The position numbers were made by a program, and so were the translations under genes. From the NCBI GenBank assembly GCA_003427395.1, contig BFEA01000026.1, positions 3,020,825-3,080,202 of the forward strand: a stretch of DNA of 59,378 nt, given 5' to 3'. Each line of letters starts with the position of its first letter. Position 1 is the stretch's first letter. The notes beneath the pieces were generated by a model. It ran no database searches and was not told the origin of the DNA. It saw only the letters and a list, made by a program, of their open reading frames with translations. Shown in pieces: positions 38,773 through 49,573 of this stretch. This DNA is from Chara braunii. Taxonomy: Eukaryota > Plantae > Charophyceae.

Positions 38773-41481
38773 TTGTGGGCGCCGGATGAGGTTCTTTTCT
38801 TTGTTCTATATAATTTTGGATCCGGATATGGCCAGTTTTGTCGCGGCCCCTCTTTTTTGAACTTCTCTTTGTAAATCGTCTCGGATTTTTCTTGTCATTT
38901 TTACTTCGTATGTATGTGTCGAATGAATGTGAATTCCCTTTTAAGTTTTAATTAGTGATTTTTTCGGATGTTCAATCTTGTTTTTGCGATGCCTGCTTCG
39001 TCTATGTCTACCATTCACCTGCGTGAGCTATACGTTCAGATCTGATTGAAAGCGCTCGTTATGGATGTTTGGGTTTAATCGTTAACTTTCGATCACCAAG
39101 AAGTTGATTGTCCCTTCTCCTCTTTCCTCCTTTTCGCCACATGCATGGCATGTAATGACCAGATCTCACCCAACGTAGCATGAGTAGGATATTTGCATGT
39201 ATGCCGGATGCGATCGGCACTGTGAACCAATCCGTTGTTTCTCATGTGCGCGCTCGCGTACGACCGCGATCTCGAGGAAGCCGAGTCGCCTCGTACGCGC
39301 TCGTTTGCAGGAGTCAGCCTTAACCCCGTATGAGAATGCAGGGGACCGAGCTTGCTAAACGGATATGGTTGCGGGATTTCTCTCTCGAATGTTCGATCGT
39401 GAGAGCCTGAGGGACCCAGAATATCGCGAATACTGAGAAAGTCAACAACTCAGACGGCGGGGGAACTTAAGAAATCCGAAGTTCCCTTGTCTGACAGAGA
39501 ACGACCGATTGTGCGTGGGGGACTTTCAATGTGCCATAACTAACGATCCCAGGGGCCCCGATTACCCAAATACTTATAACACGCAATACTTCATATCCCC
39601 CGACTTCGTCATTATTGCCACCGATTTCCCTCCCTTTCACCTCCTCCGTCTATATCACCAGCTCACAGTGGTGCCGTGGAATTCCATAGCCTACTATTGG
39701 CCCCGCAAACCGTGCGAAAAGTGTCGGCAGCACCAGGCATATTGAGCCTCGGAAATCACTCGGTGAGCCCGAACCGAAGCCGAGTGGCACTGACAACCGA
39801 TCATACCACGCGACCAACCGCGAAGGCGAAACTTGAGGAGATGTTGATTTCCCTTTTTGGGTTTTGAAGCTGACGAAAATTGAGTTCGTCGGCAGGGGCA
39901 ATGTTGTTGGGATTTTGTTCGAGAATGCAGAAGTGTTTAGATCTGTCGGTGCTGTGATTGTGGAAGAATACCCCGGGATCTTTAGTCTGGGATGCATTGC
40001 ACATGTCATCTGCCTTATGCTGCACGACGCCTGCAACTCTCCTTCTATGCACAACCACGAGAGGTGACCTACCTCCCTCGTTATAAAAATTAAAGCGCCA
40101 AGTACGACCTGCACATACCCTCTTGCGCTTTTTTCCCCGAAACTTGCCACAGGAGATCTCAGTTCCGACCTGGGACTCCACCCCCCACTTTCCTAAAATC
40201 CTTGGCACACCCCCTTTTCGCACTTCCGGGCCCCCATCCCACTCCGATCAGGAAGTCGCGTTGGGCGTGAGGTTTGGGCGTCACAACGTAGTCGAGTCGT
40301 CGTAAGTCGTCACAAATGTTTGAGCACCCCGCAAAGGTCCATCGCCATCGCCTCTTCCTGCCGTCGTGCGTATGTTTGGAGTTAAGCATAGGCGAGGTAA
40401 CTTGGAACTGAGGTTACCGTGGTCGTGGTGAGTTCGTCAGCTATTGTATTTTTGCAGTTGATGTGCATTGCAACGCACGTGCCGATGGAGGGCGGCGACA
40501 ACAAAGGACGTGCAAAGTTGACGATGATCTAGAAGACAGCCGTGGCGGCAGCCGTGATGGCTGTGCTCTTTCGTTGTCAGCAAGAGAGGGCACTGGGCAG
40601 AATGAGAGCGCAAATCCGTGCGCGGAGGAGGAAGACACTTCATCAAGTCCCGGTCGAAGGGCAGGATGTCGTGAACATCATCGAGGCTGTAGTTCAGGTT
40701 TGTTGTGCCATGGGTTGTGGTGTTCTTCCATGAGCGACGCCGAGGTGGTGGATGAAAAGGAGGATAGGCGGGGTATGGGAGGATCTCAGGCAATGTGACG
40801 ACACGACGGAGGCAAGGTGACGATGCGACAGAGGAGCCGAGGATGCACACGTGGAAAAGGAGGACCACGGCAAGCAAAATCGCAACTAGGAGCAGCAGTG
40901 GCAGCCTTCGATAGAGGTCGACCATCAACAACACGTACGACAGGGCCGTAACTCCACAACGACGGTGGAGGTCCACCAAACGGTGATGATGAAAGGAGCA
41001 AACAGTAGAGGACAGCATACGACACACCTCACCGACATGAGTGGGGATGGGGGAGGCGGATCAGGAACAATATTGAATTTTTCCGATTGTTGAACCCCTA
41101 CGAAACTGGCGGGACGCACCGCGACGACAGCCCCAATTGAAGACGAACCCTGACGACGTTCGTCCTCTAACAGTAACGGTTGGCAACCCGTTGCCTGAAA
41201 TCCCAATGTAGAGGCCTGAAGATGTCCTTTGCAGCCGTTGGCGGAACACCAATGGACCAGCTGGAAAAAGAAAATTGCCGACGACGCGTGCCGTTGCCAC
41301 TCCGATTATCACGGATCCTTGAGCTCCGAGGTACCTCACAAGGTCCGATGCACTGGGGCACGAAATGGCTGGGCCACAAGGACGCTACAAGTATTGCTCG
41401 AGGAAATGCTTTCACATTCTTTTCCCAATTTCTTCCCCGAGGATAGGTGGAACGTTCACTTCCTTGTAGATTTTATGTGCC

Positions 41482-41503
41482 CGAGGAGTGTCTAACGAAC
41501 CCC
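41482..41503. repeat. Orphan Tourist-like TIR
   Basis: GGAGTGTCTAACGAACCCC matches the TIR at 35257-35275; no partner found. Confidence 0.5.
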
Positions 41504-41674
41504 GTATAATTGCACTATGGGGCAAGATACAGTTTGCAATTGCACTTCGGGCACACTACCTGGCCAGAGAGCTGGGTTGTATACGTTGCCCGAACTGCAA
41601 TTCGAAACTGTATCTTGGCCCATAATGCAATTATAATTAATAACTCATTTTTGTGACTCCCGCGTAGTTTCCCC
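41504..41674. mobile_element. Palindromic MITE family B, copy 3 (left end truncated)
   Basis: High identity to 7103-7263. Confidence 0.85.
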
Positions 41675-42168
41675 TTTTGGAGACCGCTTCGGAGAGTGCT
41701 CACATCACCTCCAAAAGTCAGCCCACCTGAGATGTTTTCTTTTTTTTTTCCCAAAAACAAAGAGAGGTGCAGTGCGGCCTGGTCCTTACAAAGGCTTACA
41801 TAACAAGTGGGGCCTGTGAGTATAGCCCTAGCCTACCTCCCCCTACACCTGACGGCATATTACATTGGCATGATTGGCATTGATTGCTTCAGCATATTAC
41901 ATTGGCATGATTGGCATTGATTGCTTCAGCTGCTAACCAAAATGAGCACCTCATTGTGGCTCTCCTAGCCCCTCTCATCGTCTCAACCCTTCAAACCACC
42001 AGTACCTCGCTCAGCTATCAAGTCCGAGCTTCCCGCTACCAGTAAGTCGAGCCTTGCGGAGCCTAGAGCTACTGGTAGCAGGCTTTGTTCCATTTTTCCA
42101 AAAAAAAAAAACAAAAAAAAAAAACGAATGAGCTTCTGAAAAAAAAACGAAGAAAAAGAACGAATGGG

Positions 42169-42173
<5 letters not shown>

Positions 42174-42229
<56 letters not shown>

Positions 42230-42585
42230 CCAGTCAGGAATGAATCTTCCCGCTAACGNNNNNNNNNNNNNNNNNNNNNNNNNNNNNNNNNNNNNNNNNN
42301 NNNNNNNNNNNNNNNNNNNNNNNNNNNNNNNNNNNNNNNNNNNNNNNNNNNNNNNNNNNNNNNNNNNNNNNNNNNNNNNNNNNNNNNNNNNNNNNNNNNN
42401 NNNNNNNNNNNNNNNNNNNNNNNNNNNNNNNNNNNNNNNNNNNNNNNNNNNNNNNNNNNNNNNNNNNNNNNNNNNNNNNNNNNNNNNNNNNNNNNNNNNN
42501 NNNNNNNNNNNNNNNNNNNNNNNNNNNNNNNNNNGAGGGGCTGTGACAAACTGTTTCGTCGGAGTTTCACCGACTCATCAGGAGG

Positions 42586-42669
<84 letters not shown>

Positions 42670-42740
42670 GTGTGTGTGTGAGAGAGAGAGAGAGCACTGG
42701 AGCTGGCGCACAGCAATCCGTGCAGTGCGCCGGCTCCAAT

Positions 42741-42806
<66 letters not shown>
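42174..42806. repeat. (GA)n, (TA)n, (GT)n and (CT)n microsatellite cluster around a gap
   Basis: Directly visible. Confidence 0.95.
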
Positions 42807-42809
<3 letters not shown>

Positions 42810-45313
42810 TTTCCCCTTCCATTTAAAAAATAAAAATAAAAAAAATCACGGTTGTTTGGGAACTTTGGGGTGTATAATTGGTCTTTGTGGACTGCTGATT
42901 CGTTGACTTCGTTTGTCGACGATTAGGGCAGCGCCGCACGGATACTCACTAGGTGGTATTGGCGCTCATCACAATCGCGATTTTCGAAGACTGGTGAAGC
43001 TCTGCTACCTTGTTGCCATTTGGCGGAGTTAATTAGAGGTATACAGACTGTAGAGTGTGAATTTTCTGAATGGTTGTTGTTTTTGCCCGTGGGTTGGGTG
43101 GTCCATCGCGTGGGTTGGGTTGCTGATTTGGAATTTTGTTGGGGTTGCTGATTGGAGGTGCATAGGGTATAGACCGTATAGATAGAGTTGGAACTTTGTG
43201 AATCATTTTGGAATCATTTTGTCCGTGGGTAATTAGGATTAGATCATTGCCAATCTTGTTTTTTTTTTTTTTTGTGCTTTTGGTTGGTGATTTGTTACCT
43301 GGCTTGGATTTCGCTAGATTAGGGTTGGTTAATAAGTTAATAATGGCGGTTTGGAGAAGGGGTGAATTAGGATTTCGCTCTCTTACATTAGGGAATAGTA
43401 TCCCACCTGTACAACAACCTGGGCCAAAAAAAAAGAAAAAAAAAAAAGAAAGAAGGAACGCGATTTCTGTTTTAGGGTTAGGACTGGGTTTGCTTGTCTA
43501 AGACTTGACCTTGTGGGGCTGCGGTAGAGATAGGTTTGGCTGAGAGGGCCTTGCTTAGCCCGTTTGGCCTCAGCAAATGATGTACGGGACATCGGGCCCA
43601 TTTCCCGGTTATATGATATATGCTTTGTAAAAAGGAAAAAGGAATAACCCAAGTCCACCTGGAGAGGGGTCCCACTAACCTGGCTTTATTCTCTTCAAGC
43701 TGTTGGGCGCGGTGATGTGCGGCTGAAAATGACAAACAGAGTGCGTGGGTTCTCACCCTGCTGCTGAAACAACAGGCTTTGCCGAGAAGATCTTTTTTCA
43801 AAAGACAAACAAAGGAGCCTATCCTGTTAGGACAACCATAGGGATGATAGGGTGCCGCTGCCAGGAATCACCGTGGGTCTGGTCGTTCGCCTCTACAACA
43901 CCCTAGGCTTTTCCAAAAAAAAGCGAAGGAATAAGGGCCTCGCGACACCACTGATACCAATGTCGAAACATCACGAAATTCGACAGAAAACCCCTCTTCG
44001 CCACACCGCATGTCCGAGTGAAGAACTCACGAGTAGTAAGCACAAAAGAGACAAACTGGGGTGAAGATAGGACAAGCGTTGGTGCGTTCTCTTTTTCGAC
44101 ATTCGGGCAAGAATTCGACATCCCATCCGAGGACNNNNNNNNNNNNNNNNNNNNNNNNNNNNNNNNNNNNNNNNNNNNNNNNNNNNNNNNNNNNNNNNNN
44201 NNNNNNNNNNNNNNNNNNNNNNNNNNNNNNNNNNNNNNNNNNNNNNNNNNNNNNNNNNNNNNNNNNNNNNNNNNNNNNNNNNNNNNNNNNNNNNNNNNNN
44301 NNNNNNNNNNNNNNNNNNNNNNNNNNNNNNNNNNNNNNNNNNNNNNNNNNNNNNNNNNNNNNNNNNNNNNNNNNNNNNNNNNNNNNNNNNNNNNNNNNNN
44401 NNNNNNNNNNNNNNNNNNNNNNNNNNNNNNNNNNNNNNNNNNNNNNNNNNNNNNNNNNNNNNNNNNNNNNNNNNNNNNNNNNNNNNNNNNNNNNNNNNNN
44501 NNNNNNNNNNNNNNNNNNNNNNNNNNNNNNNNNNNNNNNNNNNNNNNNNNNNNNNNNNNNNNNNNNNNNNNNNNNNNNNNNNNNNNNNNNNNNNNNNNNN
44601 NNNNNNNNNNNNNNNNNNNNNNNNNNNNNNNNNNNNNNNNNNNNNNNNNNNNNNNNNNNNNNNNNNNNNNNNNNNNNNNNNNNNNNNNNNNNNNNNNNNN
44701 NNNNNNNNNNNNNNNNNNNNNNNNNNNNNNNNNNNNNNNNNNNNNNNNNNNNNNNNNNNNNNNNNNNNNNNNNNNNNNNNNNNNNNNNNNNNNNNNNNNN
44801 NNNNNNNNNNNNNNNNNNNNNNNNNNNNNNNNNNNNNNNNNNNNNNNNNNNNNNNNNNNNNNNNNNNNNNNNNNNNNNNNNNNNNNNNNNNNNNNNNNNN
44901 NNNNNNNNNNNNNNNNNNNNNNNNNNNNNNNNNNNNNNNNNNNNNNNNNNNNNNNNNNNNNNNNNNNNNNNNNNNNNNNNNNNNNNNNNNNNNNNNNNNN
45001 NNNNNNNNNNNNNNNNNNNNNNNNNNNNNNNNNNNNNNNNNNNNNNNNNNNNNNNNNNNNNNNNNNNNNNNNNNNNNNNNNNNNNNNNNNNNNNNNNNNN
45101 NNNNNNNNNNNNNNNNNNNNNNNNAAACAAAATGTAACCTACAGAATCTTTCTTTTTTTTCTTCTTTTTTTTGTCCCTATGAATCTTCACAAACGGCATC
45201 CTTCTTTTTTTATTCTTTTTTCCCCCTTTTAATTAAAGACACCGCCTATCTAGTAGAGGGTGTGGTAAGAGCAGCTCCCCCTAGTAGATGGACAGGAGTT
45301 GGTTCTTTTTCCA

Positions 45314-45400
45314 ATATATGCGTGTCATCCTTGCACAGGGGTCATTTTGCTAATTACCCTTCTCCGTATCGTTCCAATTTTAACGGATGTCCCGAAGGAC
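45314..45400 (-). pseudogene. U6: U6 snRNA retrocopy 1 (3'-truncated, diverged)
   Basis: Minus strand reads GTCCTTCGGGACATCCGTTAAAATTGGAACGATACGGAGAAG(GGTA)ATTAGCA(AAA)TGACCCCTGTGCAAGGATGACACGCATA. Degenerate TSD TTGGTTCTTTTTCCA (45299) / TCGGTGCTTTCTCCA (45401). Confidence 0.93.
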
Positions 45401-45752
45401 TCGGTGCTTTCTCCATCTGCAGAGATGAAGTGGATATGAAGTTCATGCATACAATTCCTATTATGGAAGGAAATCACTGCAGCAGCCTGTTCGGTCTCCA
45501 TCTGGACACCTGAGGTGGATCTGGGATTCGTGCGTAGAATTCCTGATACGGAAAGAAAACAACGCAGTGAAGAGACGGCAAGACACTAAAAGGAGAGAAA
45601 GGGTAAACTGTGTCTGAGTCATATCACTCCCCTCATGCCCCACTTGAGGTTTTTTTTTTTTTTCTTTTTCCACTTGGGTTGGCACACTCCACAGGGAAGA
45701 GAGAAAATAAAAGAAAAAGAAAAAGAGCCTCCTTAGACACTGCAGTGCTCGG

Positions 45753-45910
45753 GGGCCAAGTCCCACTAGCAGCGTTGACCAACCTCAACGCCAGAATCTG
45801 GACGTGTTTGTGTGCAGTTCAGGAAACTCAACACCATTTCTGCACATGTCCGCAAAAGCGTCCAGATTCAGGCATTGAGGTAGCTCAACGCTGCTAGTGG
45901 GACTTAGCCC
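45753..45910. mobile_element. Harbinger-like MITE family C, copy 1
   Basis: TIR GGGCCAAGTCCCACTAGCAGCGTTGA / TCAACGCTGCTAGTGGGACTTAGCCC. Confidence 0.85.
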
Positions 45911-46325
45911 GGGGGACGTTATTCCAAGGATTTCGTCGCCGTTACACCTGTAAGTCCTAGGAGATGAAATTCAAAATCAAAATGTGAAAACAGTGCGAGG
46001 ACAAATCTTTGGGCTCCGCGGATTTCCCAGCCAAATCGTCCACAGCTCCAATGGGGGACAGGGGCAAAACAGGGTGCCGTTTCGGGCCCAGGTAGGGCCA
46101 GGCGTAAGAGTCCAAAATGTGTGTGATTTGGGATATCTTGTTCTAAACGTTGAAAACAATGGAGTCATGATAGACTCAGTGTGGACAGGCTTAGGCAGTG
46201 CGCGATAGAGAAAGTTATGTCTTTCTGCTATAGCCTATCGGAGCACAGACGCCCTGTTTTTTTTTTTTTTTTTTTTATATAAAAAACAGGGTGCACATAC
46301 ACACACATGCACAGAGTCTCTCAAA

Positions 46326-46405
46326 GAGGTCGTGTTTTTTAGCTCAGTTGGTAAGGCACAGAAGTTGCATTCAGGAGGTCGTGGGTTCAATCCCCATTGG
46401 CCTCA
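46326..46405 (+). pseudogene. tRNA-derived SINE head or tRNA pseudogene
   Basis: Acceptor GAGGTCG/TGGCCTC, A box TAGCTCAGTTGG, B box GGTTCAATCC. Extra T-run and broken anticodon arm. Confidence 0.8.
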
Positions 46406-47190
46406 CGTACGTGCCTGGGCAAGCTTGGTGTTCTACCAGCTAGAGATAACCCGTTGGCTCTCCAATCCAGCATTGGCAGGACCTTGGCCAAATATTGTTG
46501 GCTGCTATGCAGCAATGATATTCGCCATTAGACACCACTAATGTGGGGTTGGAGGGGGGTAGGGGGAGGTGCAAGTGACTGGCCAAAGATGCTCGGCACT
46601 AGCATCGCCGGTTTCCCCCGTCGGCAATGCCTGATCACCCTGCATCATCGTGATGAGGGGCTGATACAAGCCTTGCTCTCGCACCACTGCTGTGGTGCAA
46701 ACCTACCCCGTGGGCTGGGGAGAGTTCCAGGTTTGGTTGGTGTTCCCCCGTACTATACATAGAGTAGCAAGAGGATGAGATANAGGAAATAGTAACATCA
46801 TGGAGGTCCCATCCCCTCGCCTTCCACCATCATTCCGACACGGATCCTCAGCCTCCAAGGAGCCTCGCGAGGTCACTCGGAGCCCGAGAATCCGTGTTTC
46901 ACGGAGAGAGGGGAGGGCATGCACGGAGTGGTACGTTACAACCGAGAATCCGGATTGTAGTGGCACCCTATGGGCTGAAAGCCTGAAGCAAAACTGTTTT
47001 TTCCCTCTTTTTTTGTTTTTTTTCCCCCTGGCCAACTCTCCAAGGATAGGTCAGCCGCCACCGCCAAAATTCCAAAATTTCCCCCAGGATTCGTCCTCGG
47101 AGCCCGAGAACAGCCTGAGGATTGTCTCACTACGCCCAAAGACGAAGGAAAATCAAGGAACAAGAGTGATGTAACTGACACTAGAAAACC

Positions 47191-47346
47191 ATTTCTCGAT
47201 TTATGTGTGTCATCCTTGCGCAGGGGTCAGTTGTTAAAAAAAAATAAAAAAAAATAAAATAAAAAAAAATCTTCTCTTTGCGCAGGGGCCATGCTAATCT
47301 TCTCTTTCTCTGTATCGTTCCAATTTTAACGGATGTTCCGAATGAC
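47191..47346 (-). pseudogene. U6: U6 snRNA retrocopy 2 (full span, internally rearranged)
   Basis: Minus strand: U6 5' to GGCCCCTGCGCAA, then AGAGAAGATT plus a T-tract, then TGACCCCTGCGCAAGGATGACACACATAAATCGAGAAATGG. TSD ACACTA(G/C)AAAACC at 47178 and 47347. Confidence 0.95.
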
Positions 47347-47368
47347 ACACTACAAAACCCCATGAACA

Positions 47369-47401
47369 GGACATCTGTTAAAATTGGAAAGATACAGAGA
47401 A
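47369..47401 (+). pseudogene. U6: U6 snRNA 5' fragment (copy 3) fused to a LINE
   Basis: GGACATCTGTTAAAATTGGAAAGATACAGAGAA. Confidence 0.92.
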
Positions 47402-49062
47402 CAATCAACAGCGTAAATGGGCATATGAGCCTAACACCCCCATCAGCAAGCTGCCTTTTGGTCCTGCAGAATGGGAATGGAAGACTGGCAAGCAGACCCC
47501 TATATGGGAGTACACAGTCAAGGAGGGGTACGGGGCCATGCGCGTCACTCCACCGATAACAGAAGTGGTAAAGAACAGATGGGAAAGAGATTCCCCGCTC
47601 GCTCAACAAGACCTCACTGACCTGGCATGGTCCCGGTATTCCAATATCAAGCCAACGGCCCACCGAGCCCTTCAGTGGCAGATCCTCCACAGATGCCTCC
47701 CCACCCCCAACTGGATTGTCTCCCTCACCAATCTAGAGCAGTGTGGCATTCTCTCCCCGATTTGCTCCTACTGCGGGAAGTCCTCACCACCGGCGAGAGC
47801 AACGCTGGAGCACTGCCTACTGGCCTGCCCAATGGTGGCGCAATTATGGTGCTGGTGGGATTCGTTGTGGCACTACCTCACGGCCCAGCATCTCCCCTGG
47901 AGCCACCCACTCATATGACTGGGTGAACACTCTCCTCACCTCAAAAAATGGGATGCCTTTGCAGCAAATCTTTTCTCGTACATGAGACTTGCTCTACTGA
48001 TGCTGGCCTGGAGGATGCTGTGCTCCCATGAAAGGGATAAGTGTTTCTTTGGCTTCCTACAAGCGCGGGAGGTGGTGATTGCAACAATCACCAACCATAC
48101 CCAAGCGGCCTGGAAACAGCTCAAAAAAGACCTTGCAGATATGAAAGACCAGACTGAGAGAGAACAGTGCAAAGATATGTTTGAATCCATATGGCTGGAT
48201 CAAATAGAAAGCTGGCGAAACTGGATGACCAGGAAAACTTAGTCTGGAATAGGTGGGCGGCAGAAGAACAGACATGGGAAAGACTCCCTCGGTCTCACTT
48301 TACAGTTCCTCACCAAGAACAAAACTTTCTTCTGCTCCCCCCCCAGCACCCTCCCCCGCCTACCGTCCCCAATCTTTGACAGCACCCCGCTCCCCCCACC
48401 CCTCTTCCCTGCTCCTCTCCCGCCTCTTGACCTCCGTCTAGCCCCTCCACCCGGGTGAGTCATGCCCCGTCAGGTCAAATGAGATAATCTGAATACAGGG
48501 TAATAGCGTCTGAACGAGCTCGGGGGCATGCGGCAAGAATACTAGGGATACGGATGTCAGGCTTAGAATGTATGAAGAGACTGAACGGAAAGGGTAGAAA
48601 GCATGGGGATAGCAGGGGCAAAAGACTGCCTGGNTAGAATGAGGGGTAAAAGTACACAGCGGGGGATAGTAGGGAATGGGGTGTGCGTATGGGACCGGCC
48701 GGCTCTGGCCAGTCGGGTCTGGGGAAACACTGCTCATAAGATCTAAACAGGCCGGGGGGTATCAGAATTGAGGATTTGGTCAGAGGTTCTAAAAGGGTTN
48801 ACGGTCTAGAAGGTCATACAGAGCAGACTGGTAAGGTGGTGTCGCAACCGGGCTTATCCCCCGGCAATAGGAAGCAGACNCGTNTGAACAAGTACGTACG
48901 TGCTACTGTCAAAATTTCAAACTTTCATAAAATGTAACAAGGGACGCTGGACCCGCTTTCCAGCAGGTGCTGCTCCCCACCAATAGATGGAGCCATCCAA
49001 AACGGGGTCTGCTAATGGACGATGCTCCTATCACCTTCATTAGCATGATCTTCGACTCAACG

Positions 49063-49111
<49 letters not shown>

Positions 49112-49140
49112 TAAGCATGATTAAAAATAAAAATAAAAAA
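47402..49140 (+). mobile_element. 5'-truncated LINE, the 3' partner of the U6 chimera
   Basis: LPFGPAEWEW..IWEYTVKEGY..RALQWQILHRCLPT..ICSYCG..LEHCLLACP. 3' motif at 48941-48993, poly(A) at 49068-49109. Confidence 0.95.
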
Positions 49141-49153
49141 ATCCCATGAACAG

Positions 49154-49320
49154 GGCCGAGGTCCCACTAGCAAAGAGGATGGGATCGAATGCCTGAATCT
49201 GGGATGTGTTTTATGCCGAGATGCAGAAAAACAGTTCAATCTCGATTTCCTGCACCTCTCCACAAACAAGTCCACATTCAGGCATTCGATCCGATCCTCT
49301 TTGCTAGTGGGACCACGCCC
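49154..49320. mobile_element. Harbinger-like MITE family C, copy 2, TSD CAG
   Basis: About 45-bp TIR GGCCGAGGTCCCACTAGCAAAGAGGAT... CAG at 49151-49153 and 49321-49323. Confidence 0.9.
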
Positions 49321-49385
49321 CAGGACTGCCATCGAATCTCCTTTTCTTCTTCTGCCCGGCAAAATAATTCAAGCTTTCCCACTTC

Positions 49386-49573
49386 TTTTCTTTTCTTTTT
49401 CTTTTTTTTGTGAAAAAGGGGGATGGCCTTGAGATATTATCATTGACCTGACCGGCCCCAAACAATTCATTAGTAGTTGGTTTGTATTCATCAAGTTCCA
49501 TCATCTGGATTCGAACACAGGTCTGTATTTCAACAGTTCATGGGTGTACCCACTGAGCTACGCTCTTGGGTAC
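49386..49573 (-). mobile_element. tRNA-derived SINE
   Basis: Minus strand has A box TAGCTCAGTGG, B box GTTCGAATCC and an A-rich tail. TSD TCAAGCTTTCCCACTTC (49369) / TCGAGCTTTTCCACTTC (49574). Confidence 0.85.

Noticed and set aside
44018-45232. Long ORFs spanning N runs (also at 26.3, 42.2 and 53.4 kb)
   Set aside because: Artefacts of the assembly gaps 26531-26817, 42259-42534, 44135-45125 and 53430-53564.
46326-46405. Functional tRNA-Cys
   Set aside because: An internal T-run would terminate Pol III and the anticodon stem does not pair.
45314-47401. Functional U6 genes or a variant U6 with an ACGGAGA box
   Set aside because: No USE/TATA upstream, TSD-like flanks, truncation, and indels in the catalytic core all indicate retropseudogenes.
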